Source: Thermoanaerobaculia bacterium (GTDB lineage Bacteria; Acidobacteriota; Thermoanaerobaculia; Multivoradales; JAGPDF01). Taken from it: a DNA stretch of 64,000 bases. A program made the translations under genes and the position numbers. The notes beneath the pieces were generated by a model, which ran no database searches, had not been told where the DNA came from, and saw only the letters and a program-made list of their open reading frames with translations. Below, piece by piece: positions 52,985-64,000 of the stretch. Every line of letters starts with the position of its first letter. Within the stretch, counting starts at the first letter, position 1. The stretch covers positions 12,173 to 76,172 of the forward strand of contig JANNGS010000057.1 in assembly GCA_031403995.1 (NCBI GenBank), read 5' to 3'.

Positions 52985-53027
52985 GAGCCTGGGCGGCAGA
53001 GCTTTCGCAAACGACAAGGAGTCTCCG

Positions 53028-53915
53028 ATGGCATCGAAGCGCAGGACGGGTGCAAGGGTCGGGCTGCTCTTGCTGGCAGGCGCGTTGACGTCGTCTGCCT
53101 GGCTGATGGCGGGTGAGAGCGGAGAGCGCGAGACCCTGGCCTCTGCCCGCGTCTCCCGCTGCACGCCGGTCGAGGTCCGGGCGGTCCACGGCGGCGAGCT
53201 GCCGGCCAACGCGCGGCTGGCGCGAATCGAGAACGGCAAGGTGCCGTGCATGCACGTCGAGGAGATGACGATCGCCAGCTGTGAGTTTTCGACCTCGAGC
53301 GAGGCGTTGAGCGGCAAGTGGCTCGAGGGCCCGGAAGGGCAGTTCGCGCTCGTCGGTCAGGCGGTGTCGCGCGACGGCAAGCCGGGCGGGGATTGGATCG
53401 TCGCCGCGCGGGTCGAAGGTGGAGAGTCCGCGTATTGCAGCGAGCCGACCGGTATGGACACCGCCGGGCGTGTCTCACCGGGCGTCGAGCTCGCCAACAT
53501 CTGCGTCATCGAAGATGTTCTCCAGCAATGGAACGCAATGTCGATCTACGGCTCGGGGACGTTGGTGAACGTTGCGACGATGGAGGTCTGCAGCCTCAAC
53601 AACCCCGCGACGCGGCCCCACCCGGACGGCGCAGAGCTCGTCCGCAGCTACTCGTCCAACGGCGGTGACGTCGACGACATCTTCTGCTACACCGGCTGGG
53701 GCGCCGGGCTCAACGACATCAACGGTACCGAGCGCGACGAAACCACCAACTATCTGACTGGCGAACGGTACTGCCACTGGATCGTCAGCTCTGGATTCGA
53801 GGTTCCGGGAGCCAAGCGCCCGGCCACCAAGAGCCTGCCGGCGCCGGGCATCGTCAACGTCAAATCCCTCGTCGTCTGGCGGCCGGTGAATCCCAACGTC
53901 AATATCGCCAACTGA
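53028..53915 (+). CDS. Secreted Cys-containing hypothetical protein (about 295 aa). Its local composition looks less GC-rich than the neighbouring genes.
   Basis: It has the signal peptide MASKRRTGARVGLLLLAGALTSSAWLMA and eight Cys residues. The track ORF starts at 52974 in the same frame. Confidence 0.55.
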   Translation: MASKRRTGARVGLLLLAGALTSSAWLMAGESGERETLASARVSRCTPVEVRAVHGGELPANARLARIENGKVPCMHVEEMTIASCEFSTSSEALSGKWLEGPEGQFALVGQAVSRDGKPGGDWIVAARVEGGESAYCSEPTGMDTAGRVSPGVELANICVIEDVLQQWNAMSIYGSGTLVNVATMEVCSLNNPATRPHPDGAELVRSYSSNGGDVDDIFCYTGWGAGLNDINGTERDETTNYLTGERYCHWIVSSGFEVPGAKRPATKSLPAPGIVNVKSLVVWRPVNPNVNIAN

Positions 53916-53924
53916 AGGTCGAAA

Positions 53925-55094
53925 GTGAACGTGGAGCTCTTCTCGATGGTAGCCCTCCTTCTGGGGTGTCTGCCGTGGGCAGAAGCGGCCTCGCCGCCGA
54001 CTCCGGTCGCGCCGGCGAGGGCGACGGGGGCGGCGCTCCTTGCCAGCCGTTTGCCGCGGGTGGAGTATCGCGGCGGGCTGTTCCTCAGGAAGATCCGCGT
54101 CGTTACCATCACCTTCGCTGGCGACGATCCGGCGCTCGTGGCGCGGCTCGAGCGCTTCGGCGACACGATCGTCCGCTCGCCCTGGTGGCGGGACTCGGTC
54201 GAGGGGTATTGCGCGACCGCGGGCGACTGCATCGGCGCGGGCCGCCCGGGGCTTGCGGTCCGCCTGGACGAGCAGCTGCCCTCGCGGGTCCATGGCGTCG
54301 ACATCTCGGCCCTCCTGCGCCGCGAAGCGCGCGCCGGACGCTTCGGGGCGTACGATCCGGAGAGCGTCTACGTCGTCTATCTGCCCGCCGGAGTCACCCT
54401 GTTCGACGCCTACCAGGAGCATTACTGCGCCGGCGGGCCGCGCGCCTTTCACCGCGCGCTGCGCGACGGCGAGCGGTTGAACGGCTTCTCGGTCATCCCG
54501 CGCTGCGGCGACGAGAGCGAGCTCACCGGGACCGCGAGCCACGAGCTCGTCGAGCTCGCGACCAACCCCGACACACAACAGCGGGGCTTCGCCTTCGAGC
54601 AGAGCTCGAACCAGCTGGCTTTCCTCGCCGCGGGCGTCGAGCCGATGGATCCCTGTGGACTCCTCACCCGGGATAGCCACCGCCTGCAGGAGAGCGGTTT
54701 CACGGTGCAGGGGGCGTGGTCCAACCGCGCCGCCGCGCTGGGACAGGATCCGTGCGCGCCGCTTCCCGCGCCCCAGGCCTATGTGGCGGGCATCCCGCGC
54801 GCGCCTTCGCTGCGGCTGCGACAGGTCGGCGACCGCGCCACCGTCGTCCTGGACGCGACCGCGGACCGCCCGGGCGTCGAATGGCAGCTGTCGGTCGTCG
54901 ACCTGAGCGGCGAGCAGGAGGGCGTGCGCTATGTGGAAGCGGCGCTCGAGAAGTCGACGGTGACCGCCGGCGAGTCCGTCACGCTCACGCTCGAGCTGCG
55001 CCGGCGCCACCCGCAGGAGACGGTCGTCGTGGCCATACTTTCGACCCTCGGCGACCAGACCCGGATGTGGCCGCTGGCGGTGAACACGCGCTGA
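53925..55094 (+). CDS. Secreted hypothetical protein (389 aa) with several Cys pairs and an HELVELATNPD motif.
   Basis: It has the signal peptide MNVELFSMVALLLGCLPWAEA and protein-like composition. The opposite-strand ORF 53475..55265 is junk. Confidence 0.55.
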   Translation: MNVELFSMVALLLGCLPWAEAASPPTPVAPARATGAALLASRLPRVEYRGGLFLRKIRVVTITFAGDDPALVARLERFGDTIVRSPWWRDSVEGYCATAGDCIGAGRPGLAVRLDEQLPSRVHGVDISALLRREARAGRFGAYDPESVYVVYLPAGVTLFDAYQEHYCAGGPRAFHRALRDGERLNGFSVIPRCGDESELTGTASHELVELATNPDTQQRGFAFEQSSNQLAFLAAGVEPMDPCGLLTRDSHRLQESGFTVQGAWSNRAAALGQDPCAPLPAPQAYVAGIPRAPSLRLRQVGDRATVVLDATADRPGVEWQLSVVDLSGEQEGVRYVEAALEKSTVTAGESVTLTLELRRRHPQETVVVAILSTLGDQTRMWPLAVNTR

Positions 55095-55239
55095 AATCGG
55101 CCTTCTGCGCCGAGAGCGCTCGAGGGATTCGGCATGATCCTCGGAGTCGCCTCCGTCCGACCGGTTCCAGAAGGGGCCGGAAGTGTCACCGCCGCGCGAC
55201 TGACTTCGAAACCACCCCTCGCGTAGCCTCCAGACCGGG

Positions 55240-57042
55240 ATGTCGATCCGGCTGGAACAGCTCACGAAGCGCTACGACGGCCGCGCAGTCGTCTCCAACG
55301 TCTCCTTCGAAGTCGCCACAGGCGAGCTCTGCGTGCTCCTCGGCCCATCGGGGAGCGGCAAGAGCACGATCCTGCGGCTCGTCGCCGGTCTCGCTCCCTG
55401 TGACGGCGGGCGGATCCTGCTCGACGGGCAGGACCTCGCCCCGGTGCCGGCGCGCGAGCGCGGGCTCGGCTTCGTATTCCAGAGTTACGCCCTCTTTCGC
55501 CACCTGACGGTCTCGGAGAACGTCGAGTTCGCGCTGCGGGTGCGCGGCGACTCTGCGCCGTCGCGTCGGCAGCGCCGCGAGGAGCTCCTGGAGCTCGTCG
55601 GCCTTGCCGGGCTGGGGCAGCGTTTTCCGGCACAGCTCTCGGGCGGCCAGCAGCAGCGCGTCGCCCTGGCGCGGGCGCTGGCGCATCGCCCGCGGGTGCT
55701 GCTGCTCGACGAACCCTTCGGGGCCCTCGATGCCCGCATCCGGCTGGAGCTGCGCCGCTCGCTGTCGCGGATCCAGCGCGAGCTCGCGGTGACGACGCTC
55801 TTCGTCACCCACGACCAGGAGGAGGCCTTCGAGCTCGCCGATCGACTGGCGGTGATGTCCCAGGGCCGGCTCATCGAGGACGGTCCGCCGCGCGAGCTCT
55901 ACCTGCGCCCGCAGACCGAGTTCGCGGCGACTTTCCTCGGCGGCGCCAACCTCCTGGTCGGCAGGAGCGACGAGCACGGCATCCGTTTCGGTGCCGTCGA
56001 AGTGCCGCTCAAGGGGGGGATCGCGGCGGAGGGGCTGGAGCGGCGTGTCCAGCTCCTCGTGCGCCCAGAAGACGTCGAGCTCGTGGCCCCCGGCGAAGAG
56101 CTCGCTTCGACACCGCTCGGCGAAGGTCTGGTCGAAGAAGTAGCGTTCGTTGGCGCGCAAGAGCGCCTGCGCCTGAAGCTCCCGACGCCTCCCGGAGTGC
56201 GGGTGATCCATCCGCCGCGCCGTTTCGGAGATCCCGACCTGCCGGTCGAGGCGGTGCGCTCGCAGCATGACGCTCGCCGGCTCACACTCCTTCCCGGGGA
56301 TCGCGTTCGGGTCGGCATCCGTCGTTTTCACGTTCTGCTGCATCCCGGACTCTCGTTGCTCCTCGCCGAGAGCGCCGGTCCGGCGGGGGAGGCGGCGCTG
56401 CACGCTGCAACGGAGATTGCGCGGCTCGCGCAGGCGCGCTTGCAGCGCAGCAGCCTCGAAGCGACCTTCGCTGGCCGCGGCTCGGACGAGGGCGTCGAGC
56501 ATCCCGACCTGCTGGTGGTGGGGGCGCGCGCCGGAGCGGTTGCGGCTTCCTCGGAGAAGCTGCTCGCGGCGACCTCGGCGAACCTCTTGCTGGTGCGCGG
56601 CGCGACGCCGATGCCGCCCACCCGCTTCCTGATCGCGGTCGCGGTCGGCGAGCCGGGCAAGGAGGACGTCGCTTTCGCCGGCCGTCTGGCGCGCCACCTG
56701 GGCGCTTCGGCGACGGTCCTCTCGGTCCTCGCTCCGGATGCCGCAGAGAGCGAGCAGCGCGCCGCAGAGCGCTTTCTCGCCGCTTGCGTGCGCACGCTCG
56801 CGGCGCTCGGCGTGCCGGCAGAGATCGATGTGAGGCGCGGCGAGCTCCGTGCTGTCCTCGGCGGGCGAATCGACGAGGCGCGCGACCTTCTCGTTCTGGG
56901 CGCGCCGCCTCCAGACGACGAAGGTCGCTACTCCTGGGGGCGGACGCTGCGCGGTCTGCTCGATGCAGGTGGGTCGGTGCCCATTCTCGTCGTGCGCGCG
57001 GCGCGCGGCCAGGGCCTCGAGCCGGCGGGGGACGTGGAATGA
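55240..57042 (+). CDS. cysA: Sulfate/thiosulfate ABC importer ATPase CysA fused to a TOBE-like domain and two tandem universal-stress-protein (UspA) domains.
   Basis: The ABC domain has [24 protein letters not shown] and [11 protein letters not shown]. The C-terminal 250 aa show USP-like beta-alpha units ([10 protein letters not shown]...[10 protein letters not shown]...LLLVRG, and [12 protein letters not shown]...DLLVLGAPP...VPILVVRA). Confidence 0.75.
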   Translation: MSIRLEQLTKRYDGRAVVSNVSFEVATGELCVLLGPSGSGKSTILRLVAGLAPCDGGRILLDGQDLAPVPARERGLGFVFQSYALFRHLTVSENVEFALRVRGDSAPSRRQRREELLELVGLAGLGQRFPAQLSGGQQQRVALARALAHRPRVLLLDEPFGALDARIRLELRRSLSRIQRELAVTTLFVTHDQEEAFELADRLAVMSQGRLIEDGPPRELYLRPQTEFAATFLGGANLLVGRSDEHGIRFGAVEVPLKGGIAAEGLERRVQLLVRPEDVELVAPGEELASTPLGEGLVEEVAFVGAQERLRLKLPTPPGVRVIHPPRRFGDPDLPVEAVRSQHDARRLTLLPGDRVRVGIRRFHVLLHPGLSLLLAESAGPAGEAALHAATEIARLAQARLQRSSLEATFAGRGSDEGVEHPDLLVVGARAGAVAASSEKLLAATSANLLLVRGATPMPPTRFLIAVAVGEPGKEDVAFAGRLARHLGASATVLSVLAPDAAESEQRAAERFLAACVRTLAALGVPAEIDVRRGELRAVLGGRIDEARDLLVLGAPPPDDEGRYSWGRTLRGLLDAGGSVPILVVRAARGQGLEPAGDVE

Positions 57043-57076
57043 GGTTCGAGAAACCGATCCGAGGAGAGGGAAATTC

Positions 57077-58087
57077 ATGAGACCCGCGAGAGCGCCGTTT
57101 GCGTCCGGTTTCGCTGTAGCGCTGGTCGGACTGTTGGCGACGACATCCCTTGCTGCCGCCGAGTCAATCACCCTGCTGAACGTCTCGTACGACCCGACCC
57201 GCGAGCTCTATGGTGAGGTCAACAGGGCCTTTGCCGCGCAGTGGAAGAGCCACACCGGGCAGGAGGTCACCCTCCAGCAGTCGCACGGCGGCTCCGGCAA
57301 GCAGGCGCGGTCGGTGATCGACGGCCTCGAAGCGGACGTCGTTACCCTGGCGCTTGCCGGGGACATCGATGCCATCGCGCGGACCGGCCTCCTGCCCTCG
57401 ACCTGGCAGCAGCGCCTGCCACACAACAGCACCCCGTACACCTCGACGATCGTCTTCCTGGTGCGCAAGGGCAATCCGAAGGCGATCCGCGACTGGGACG
57501 ACCTCGGCAAGGCCGGCGTCTCGGTCATCACGCCGAATCCGAAGACTTCGGGCGGCGCGCGCTGGAACTACCTCGCGGCCTGGGGCGCGGTACTGAAGCG
57601 CGGCGGCGACGAGGCGCAGGCGCGCGACCTCGTCGCACGCATCTTCCGCAACGTGCCGGTGCTCGACACCGGCGCCCGGGGCTCGACCGTGACCTTTGTC
57701 GAGCGCGGCATCGGCGACGTTCTGCTGGCCTGGGAGAACGAGGCCCTGCTCTCTCTGAAGGAGTTCGGAGCCGACAAGTTCGAGATCATCGCGCCGAAGT
57801 ACTCGATCCTCGCCGAGCCGCCGGTGGCGGTGGTCGACAAAGTCGCCGACCGACGGGGAACGCGCAAGGTCGCCGACGCTTATCTCGAGTTCCTCTACTC
57901 GGCGGTGGGCCAGGTCCTCGCGGCGAAGCACTTCTATCGTCCGCGTGATCCGGCGGCGCTCACGACAGCGAAGGTTCAGTTCCCGGTGATCGAGATGTTC
58001 ACCATCGACGAGCTGTTCGGGGGCTGGAAGGCGGCGCAGGAGAAGCACTTCGCCGAGGGCGGCGAGTTCGACCGGTTGCCGCGATGA
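57077..58087 (+). CDS. sbp: Sulfate/thiosulfate ABC transporter periplasmic binding protein (Sbp/CysP).
   Basis: It has a signal peptide. The Sbp-family motifs [58 protein letters not shown] and LLAWENEA are present. GAGGAGAGGG lies upstream of the ATG at 57077. Confidence 0.85.
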   Translation: MRPARAPFASGFAVALVGLLATTSLAAAESITLLNVSYDPTRELYGEVNRAFAAQWKSHTGQEVTLQQSHGGSGKQARSVIDGLEADVVTLALAGDIDAIARTGLLPSTWQQRLPHNSTPYTSTIVFLVRKGNPKAIRDWDDLGKAGVSVITPNPKTSGGARWNYLAAWGAVLKRGGDEAQARDLVARIFRNVPVLDTGARGSTVTFVERGIGDVLLAWENEALLSLKEFGADKFEIIAPKYSILAEPPVAVVDKVADRRGTRKVADAYLEFLYSAVGQVLAAKHFYRPRDPAALTTAKVQFPVIEMFTIDELFGGWKAAQEKHFAEGGEFDRLPR

Positions 58088-58103
58088 GCGCTCTCCCGGT
58101 CGG

Positions 58104-58964
58104 ATGAGGGAGCGGCGGGATCGCGGGCCGCTGCCCGGCTTCGGTCTGGCCGGCGGGACGACGCTGCTCTACCTGGGGCTGCTCGTCCTGCTGCCGCTCG
58201 CGGCGCTGGTGTGGAAGGCGACGGAGCTCTCGTGGGCCGACTTCGTGCGTCTCGTCGCCTCCGACCGCGCGCTCGCCTCCTATCGCCTGACGTTCGGCGC
58301 CGCCGCCGCGGCGGCGCTGGTGAATCTCGTCTTCGGCAGCATCGCGGCCTGGGTTCTCGAGCGCTACCGCTTCCCGGGACGGCGGTTGGTGGATGCGCTC
58401 ATCGACCTGCCGTTCGCGCTGCCGACGGCGGTGGCGGGGATCGCCCTTGCCGCGGCCTTCGCGCCGAACGGCTGGATCGGCAGCAGGATCGAACCGCTCG
58501 GCCTCAAAGTCGCCTACACACCGCTCGGGATCGGCGTGGCGCTCACGTTCATCGGACTGCCGTTTGTCGTGCGCACGCTGCAGCCGGTGCTGCGCAGCCT
58601 CGAGCCGGCGCTCGAAGAGGCCGCGGCCTCCCTTGGCGCGACACGGATGCAGACGATCCGCCGGGTCGTCCTGCCCGAAATCGTGCCCGCAGCGGCCACC
58701 GGCTTCGTTCTCGCCCTGGCGCGCGGCCTGGGAGAGTATGGTTCGGTCATCTTCATCGCCGGCAATCTGCCGATGAAATCCGAGATCACCGCGCTGCTGA
58801 TCATGGTCCGACTCGAGGAGTACGACTACGCCGGCGCCACGGCGATCGCCTCGGTCTTCCTGGCTGCGTCGTTCCTGCTCCTGCTGCTGCTCAATCGGCT
58901 CTCGGCAAGGCGCCGGCCGGCAGCGGAGACGGCTCGCGAGCGGCGCGAAAGAGGTGCGAAGTGA
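58104..58964 (+). CDS. cysT: Sulfate ABC transporter permease CysT.
   Basis: The CysT N-terminus is LPGFGLAGGTTLLYLGLLVLLPL, and the EAA loop is EEAAASLGATRMQTIRRVVLPE. Confidence 0.85.
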   Translation: MRERRDRGPLPGFGLAGGTTLLYLGLLVLLPLAALVWKATELSWADFVRLVASDRALASYRLTFGAAAAAALVNLVFGSIAAWVLERYRFPGRRLVDALIDLPFALPTAVAGIALAAAFAPNGWIGSRIEPLGLKVAYTPLGIGVALTFIGLPFVVRTLQPVLRSLEPALEEAAASLGATRMQTIRRVVLPEIVPAAATGFVLALARGLGEYGSVIFIAGNLPMKSEITALLIMVRLEEYDYAGATAIASVFLAASFLLLLLLNRLSARRRPAAETARERRERGAK

Positions 58965-59800
58965 GAGTGCGTTTCGAGGATCCCCGCGCCGACCCGGTCT
59001 GGCTGCGGATCTTCCTGATCGCACTCACGGTCGGATTCCTCGCCCTCTTCCTGGTGGTTCCGCTCACCGTCGTCTTCGCGCAGGCCTTCTCCAAGGGTTG
59101 GGCGGTCTACTTGGCAGCCGTCCGCGACCCGGTCGCCTTGCAGGCGGTGCGACTGACCCTGCTGGTCGCCGTCATCGTGGTACCGATCAACACGATCTTC
59201 GGGCTCGCCGCGGCATGGTGGCTGGCGAACTTCCGCTTCCGCGGCAAGGGTCTGGTGGTGACGCTCCTCGATCTGCCGTTTTCGGTCTCTCCCGTCGTCG
59301 CCGGGATGCTTTTCGTTCTGGTCTTCGGAGCGCAAGGGCTGCTCGGTCCCTGGCTCGCCGAACACGGCATCCGGATCCTGTTCGCGCTGCCAGGAATTGT
59401 CCTGGCGACGCTCTTCGTGACTTCGCCGTTCGTCGCGCGCCAGCTCCTGCCGCTGCTCGAAGCGCGTGGCAGCGCCGAGGAAGAGGCGGCGCTCACCCTG
59501 GGCGCCTCGGGATGGCAGCTCTTCCGCTGGATCACGCTGCCCAAGGTCGTCTGGGGACTGCTCTACGGCGTGATTCTCACCAACGCCAGGGCGATGGGGG
59601 AGTTCGGCGCGGTCTCCGTGGTCTCGGGGCATATCCGCGGGCGCACCAACACGATTCCCCTGCACGTCGAGATCCTCTACAACGAATACCAGTTCGCCGC
59701 CGCCTTCGCGGTGGCCTCGCTCCTCACCCTTCTCGCTCTCGTCACCCTGCTCGCTCAGGCCCTCCTGCGCCGCAAGGTCAGTGGCGGCTCCGTGCACTAG
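58961..59800 (+). CDS. cysW: Sulfate ABC transporter permease CysW.
   Basis: The GTG start overlaps the cysT stop (GTGA). The EAA loop is EEEAALTLGASGWQLFRWITLP, and the SGHIRGRTNTIPLHVE tail is typical of CysW. Confidence 0.85.
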   Translation: MRVRFEDPRADPVWLRIFLIALTVGFLALFLVVPLTVVFAQAFSKGWAVYLAAVRDPVALQAVRLTLLVAVIVVPINTIFGLAAAWWLANFRFRGKGLVVTLLDLPFSVSPVVAGMLFVLVFGAQGLLGPWLAEHGIRILFALPGIVLATLFVTSPFVARQLLPLLEARGSAEEEAALTLGASGWQLFRWITLPKVVWGLLYGVILTNARAMGEFGAVSVVSGHIRGRTNTIPLHVEILYNEYQFAAAFAVASLLTLLALVTLLAQALLRRKVSGGSVH

Positions 59801-61630
59801 GTGCGTTGCGGTAACCTCCACTCCATGCGGCCCTGGAGCTTTCGCGGCCTGCTCATCGTGCTGACGGTCGGCCTCGTGCTCGCGACCGTGGTCGCGCTCG
59901 AGCTTTCCACCTATGCGCAGCTTCGCCGGCTGAGCCGGGAGGAGGCGCGGGCGCGAGCAGCGAGAGAAGTGGCGCGGATCCTCGAGCGCTTCGAAGCCAC
60001 GGTCCTGCCCCTGACGCCAGCGCCGCCGGTCTCGCGTGCGGCCCTGCAAGCGGAGATCGCGCAGTGGAGCTCGACCTCCACGCGCTACCCGTTGGCCGCG
60101 CGACTCGTGCTGCCGCAGGAGGTCGAAAGCCGCTTTGCGGAGGAGCGCGCCGGTCTCTGGCGGGAGGCCCTTGCCGGAGCGGCCGTGGACGCCTTCCTGT
60201 CCGAGAGCGGCGACGCTCAGGCGGCGGCGCCGCTGCGCGGCGCGGACGGCGAGGTCATGGGGGTCGTCGAGGCGGCGATCCCGTCCGCGGAGGTGCACCA
60301 GCCGGTGAGGCGATTCCTGGCGCGCACCGTCCGTACCGCTGCGATCGTCGTCGGGCTGGCGCTCCTGCTCTCGGTCGTTTTCGGCAGAGAGCTGGCGCGG
60401 CCGCTCGCCGAGCTGGCGCGGCGCGCCACGGCGATGGGAGAGGGCGACCTCCGATCGCCGCTGCCCGTCGAGGGCGGACGCGAGGTTCGTGCGCTCGCCG
60501 CCAGTCTCGACCAGATGCGACGGGGGCGAGCCGCCGCCGAAGGCGAGCTCGGTCGCAAGCGCGACGAGCTTGCGGCCGTGCTCGGCGGGATCGCCGAAGG
60601 GGTTTACGCGGTCGATCGCGACCGGCGGGTGCTCTACCTCAACCCGCCGGCGGCGAAGCTGCTCGGTATCGCCGCGGACAAGGCGGTCGGGCAGTTCTGC
60701 GGCGACCTGCTGCAGCCGCGCAGCGAGAACGGTGTGCGGCCTTGCGACGAGCGCTGTCCGATCCTCGACGCCCGTTTTCGCGGCCCGACCCAGGTCGTCG
60801 AGCGCATCGGGCGGCGCAAGGACGCGACCGGTGATCGGGCGGTCGTGTTGCGCAGCTCGCCCCCCTCGGCGGGCATCCAGGTGCAGGTGATGCGCGACGA
60901 GACTGCGGTCGAAGCGGCTCACCGGGCGCGCGACCTCGTGGTCGCCGACCTGGCGCACGAGCTCAAGACGCCGCTCGCCGCCCAGGCGGCGGCGCTCGAG
61001 CTGCTGCGCGAGCGGCTCGGCGAATCGGACCCAGAGCTCGCGGGGCTCGCCGCCAGCGCCGAGGTGGGCACGATGCGCCTGCGCCGCCTGATCGAGAATC
61101 TCCTCGAGAGCATTCGGATCGAGTCCGGCCAACTCGCCATTCGCAAGCTCCAGATCGAGCTCGACGAGCTCGTCGAAGAGGCTTCGGAGATGACGCGCCC
61201 GCTGCTCGGCCAACGGCGCCAGGAGCTCGAGACGGAGCTGCCCTATCCGCTGCCGGCGCTCCACGGAGATCCGCAGCGCCTCGTCCAGGTCCTGGTGAAT
61301 CTACTTTCGAACGCCTCGAAGTTCGCTCCCGCGGGCACGACGATCCGGATCTCCGGCGAGATCGACGTGCCTCTCGTGCGGATCCGGGTGGAGGACGAGG
61401 GACCGGGCTTTCCCGAGACGGCGGAGCCCGGACGCACCGGACGCTTCGAGCGCTGGGCGCCGACCGAGCCGGCGGAGGCCGGCAGCGGACTCGGCCTCTG
61501 GATCTCGCGTTCGATCGTCGAGCGCCATGGCGGTGCGATGACGTTTGCGCGCCGCGGAAAGTGGACCACTGTCGCGGTGGAGCTGCCGATCGACCTGCCG
61601 CAGGAGATGCCGGCGGAGGTCTCGGGATGA
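59801..61630 (+). CDS. Sensor histidine kinase (TM, HAMP, PAS-like, HisKA, HATPase_c).
   Basis: The H-box is [20 protein letters not shown], and the N/G-boxes are [11 protein letters not shown] and [18 protein letters not shown]. The start is uncertain: GTG at 59801 abuts the cysW stop, and an ATG lies at 59825. Confidence 0.75.
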   Translation: MRCGNLHSMRPWSFRGLLIVLTVGLVLATVVALELSTYAQLRRLSREEARARAAREVARILERFEATVLPLTPAPPVSRAALQAEIAQWSSTSTRYPLAARLVLPQEVESRFAEERAGLWREALAGAAVDAFLSESGDAQAAAPLRGADGEVMGVVEAAIPSAEVHQPVRRFLARTVRTAAIVVGLALLLSVVFGRELARPLAELARRATAMGEGDLRSPLPVEGGREVRALAASLDQMRRGRAAAEGELGRKRDELAAVLGGIAEGVYAVDRDRRVLYLNPPAAKLLGIAADKAVGQFCGDLLQPRSENGVRPCDERCPILDARFRGPTQVVERIGRRKDATGDRAVVLRSSPPSAGIQVQVMRDETAVEAAHRARDLVVADLAHELKTPLAAQAAALELLRERLGESDPELAGLAASAEVGTMRLRRLIENLLESIRIESGQLAIRKLQIELDELVEEASEMTRPLLGQRRQELETELPYPLPALHGDPQRLVQVLVNLLSNASKFAPAGTTIRISGEIDVPLVRIRVEDEGPGFPETAEPGRTGRFERWAPTEPAEAGSGLGLWISRSIVERHGGAMTFARRGKWTTVAVELPIDLPQEMPAEVSG

Positions 61631-62307
61631 AGATCCTGGTGGTCGACGACGACCACGAGCTGCGCTCGATCGTCGGCTTCGCGCTGCGGCAGGGGGGCTT
61701 CCTGGCGCTAGAGGCCGGTGACGGCGGGGCAGCTCTGGCCGCGGTCGAGGCAGAGCAGCCGGCGCTCATCGTGCTCGATCTCAATCTTCCCGGTCGCGAC
61801 GGGTTGGCGCTCCTGCCCGAGCTGCGGGCGCGCACCGCTTCCCCGGTTCTGGTCCTCTCGGTGCGCTCGGCCGAGGAGGACGTCGTGCGCGCGCTCGACC
61901 TCGGCGCCGACGACTACCTGACGAAGCCGTTCAGCCCGCGAACCCTGCTGGCGCGGATTCGCGCGCTCCTCAGGCGCTCCGGCGTCGAGCGCCCGGAGCC
62001 GCTCGTCGCCGGCGATCTGGCGCTCGATCTCGAGCGCCGCACGGCGCGCATCGGCGGCGCCGCGCCGGTGCATCTCACCCCGCTCGAGCTCCGGCTCCTG
62101 CACCTCCTGGTGGCCTCGGCGGGCGAGACCGTCGCCATCGAGCGCCTGCTGGTCCACATCTGGGGCGCGCGCGGCGCCGGCGAGCGCCAGCTCCTCAAGC
62201 AGTTGGTGCACCGGCTGCGACAGAAGATCGAACCCGAACCGGCAGCACCGCGCTACATCGTCACCGTCTCCGGCGAGGGCTACCGCTTCGCTCCCCAGCC
62301 CCGCTGA
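61627..62307 (+). CDS. OmpR-family response regulator, partner of the preceding kinase.
   Basis: It begins MKILVVDDD, with the receiver Asp in [13 protein letters not shown]. The OmpR winged-helix C-terminus ends [12 protein letters not shown]. The ATGA overlap with the kinase gene was seen. Confidence 0.85.
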   Translation: MKILVVDDDHELRSIVGFALRQGGFLALEAGDGGAALAAVEAEQPALIVLDLNLPGRDGLALLPELRARTASPVLVLSVRSAEEDVVRALDLGADDYLTKPFSPRTLLARIRALLRRSGVERPEPLVAGDLALDLERRTARIGGAAPVHLTPLELRLLHLLVASAGETVAIERLLVHIWGARGAGERQLLKQLVHRLRQKIEPEPAAPRYIVTVSGEGYRFAPQPR

Positions 62308-62432
62308 GCCGCGCCCCTGAGCCGGGGCCACTGCGCCTGCGCCGGACCGGGCGAGGCTTGGCCGGGCCGCGGCCGGCGTGAGAGACTTCGCCCCGTCTTC
62401 TCCTACAGGAACAGCCAGCGAGGGAGGCCCGA

Positions 62433-64000
<1,568 letters not shown>

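Noticed and set aside
51482-53317. Stack of 60-330-aa ORFs on both strands within 51480-53320, several with repeated sequences.
   Set aside because: They are generated by the four near-identical 315-bp tandem repeats. The same phantom ORF reappears once per repeat unit.
53475-57171. Minus-strand ORFs of 596 and 661 aa across the two secreted hypotheticals and cysA.
   Set aside because: Their composition is low-complexity and antisense to recognised cysA motifs and to signal-peptide-bearing plus-strand genes.
58826-61835. Minus-strand 812-aa and 290-aa ORFs across cysW and the histidine kinase.
   Set aside because: They are antisense artefacts. The H-box and ATP-lid motifs lie on the plus strand.
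62308-62432. Possible hairpin CCCC-TGAGCC-GGGG just after the response-regulator stop.
   Set aside because: The stem is only 4 bp and there is no following T-run, so it was not called a terminator.

Overview
The window is a very GC-rich bacterial chromosomal segment (third codon positions are almost always G/C, Arg/Ala-rich proteins, frequent GTG/TTG starts and ATGA/GTGA stop-start overlaps). Gene content suggests a soil lineage such as Acidobacteria or a relative, but that is inference only. Coding is dense (about 46 genes), and the six-frame track is full of long antisense and overlapping ORFs that are GC artefacts, so genes were chosen by recognisable protein families and composition. I found no rRNA, tRNA, CRISPR array, transposase or integrase.

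Confidently recognised genes:
- a Ni/Co energy-coupling-factor uptake operon, cbiM(N-like fusion)-cbiQ-cbiO
- a single-module NRPS-like megasynthase with the domain order formyltransferase-like / adenylation / carrier / thioesterase
- TonB
- a family-1 glycosyltransferase and two ArnT/GT39-like polytopic membrane proteins
- a NUDIX CoA pyrophosphatase
- an ankyrin-repeat protein
- a PAS-GGDEF diguanylate cyclase
- two tandem Kup potassium transporters
- a class II photolyase
- a ZnuC/ZnuB-like metal ABC pair
- a TlpA-like thioredoxin
- a Fur-family regulator translationally coupled to a sulfatase-fold lipoprotein with a non-canonical active site
- a large BNR/sortilin-like secreted protein
- PnuC
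- a PP2C phosphatase operon
- a phytase-like plus endonuclease/exonuclease/phosphatase (EEP) secreted enzyme
- two OmpR-type two-component systems
- a dicarboxylate/amino-acid symporter
- a cysA-sbp-cysT-cysW sulfate transporter whose ATPase carries tandem universal-stress-protein domains
- a partial amino-acid permease at the window end

The most unusual loci, and my candidates for an undescribed system:
1. The stand-alone F-A-T-TE NRPS-like gene with its divergent membrane protein, TonB and glycosyltransferase cluster (about 6.0-15.8 kb).
2. A roughly 1570-aa secreted protein at 48.3-55.1 kb, built from about 19 PD40-like beta-propeller repeats plus four almost identical 315-bp tandem DNA repeats. 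It ends in the motif DGFExGDxSxWSSxVP. That motif is also present near the C-terminus of a frameshifted secreted protein 30 kb away, and two Cys-rich secreted hypotheticals follow it.
3. Two tandem paralogous secreted repeat proteins (0.25-3.1 kb), the second ending in an internally duplicated Cys-bounded domain.

All functional calls rest on sequence-motif recognition and were not confirmed by any database search.
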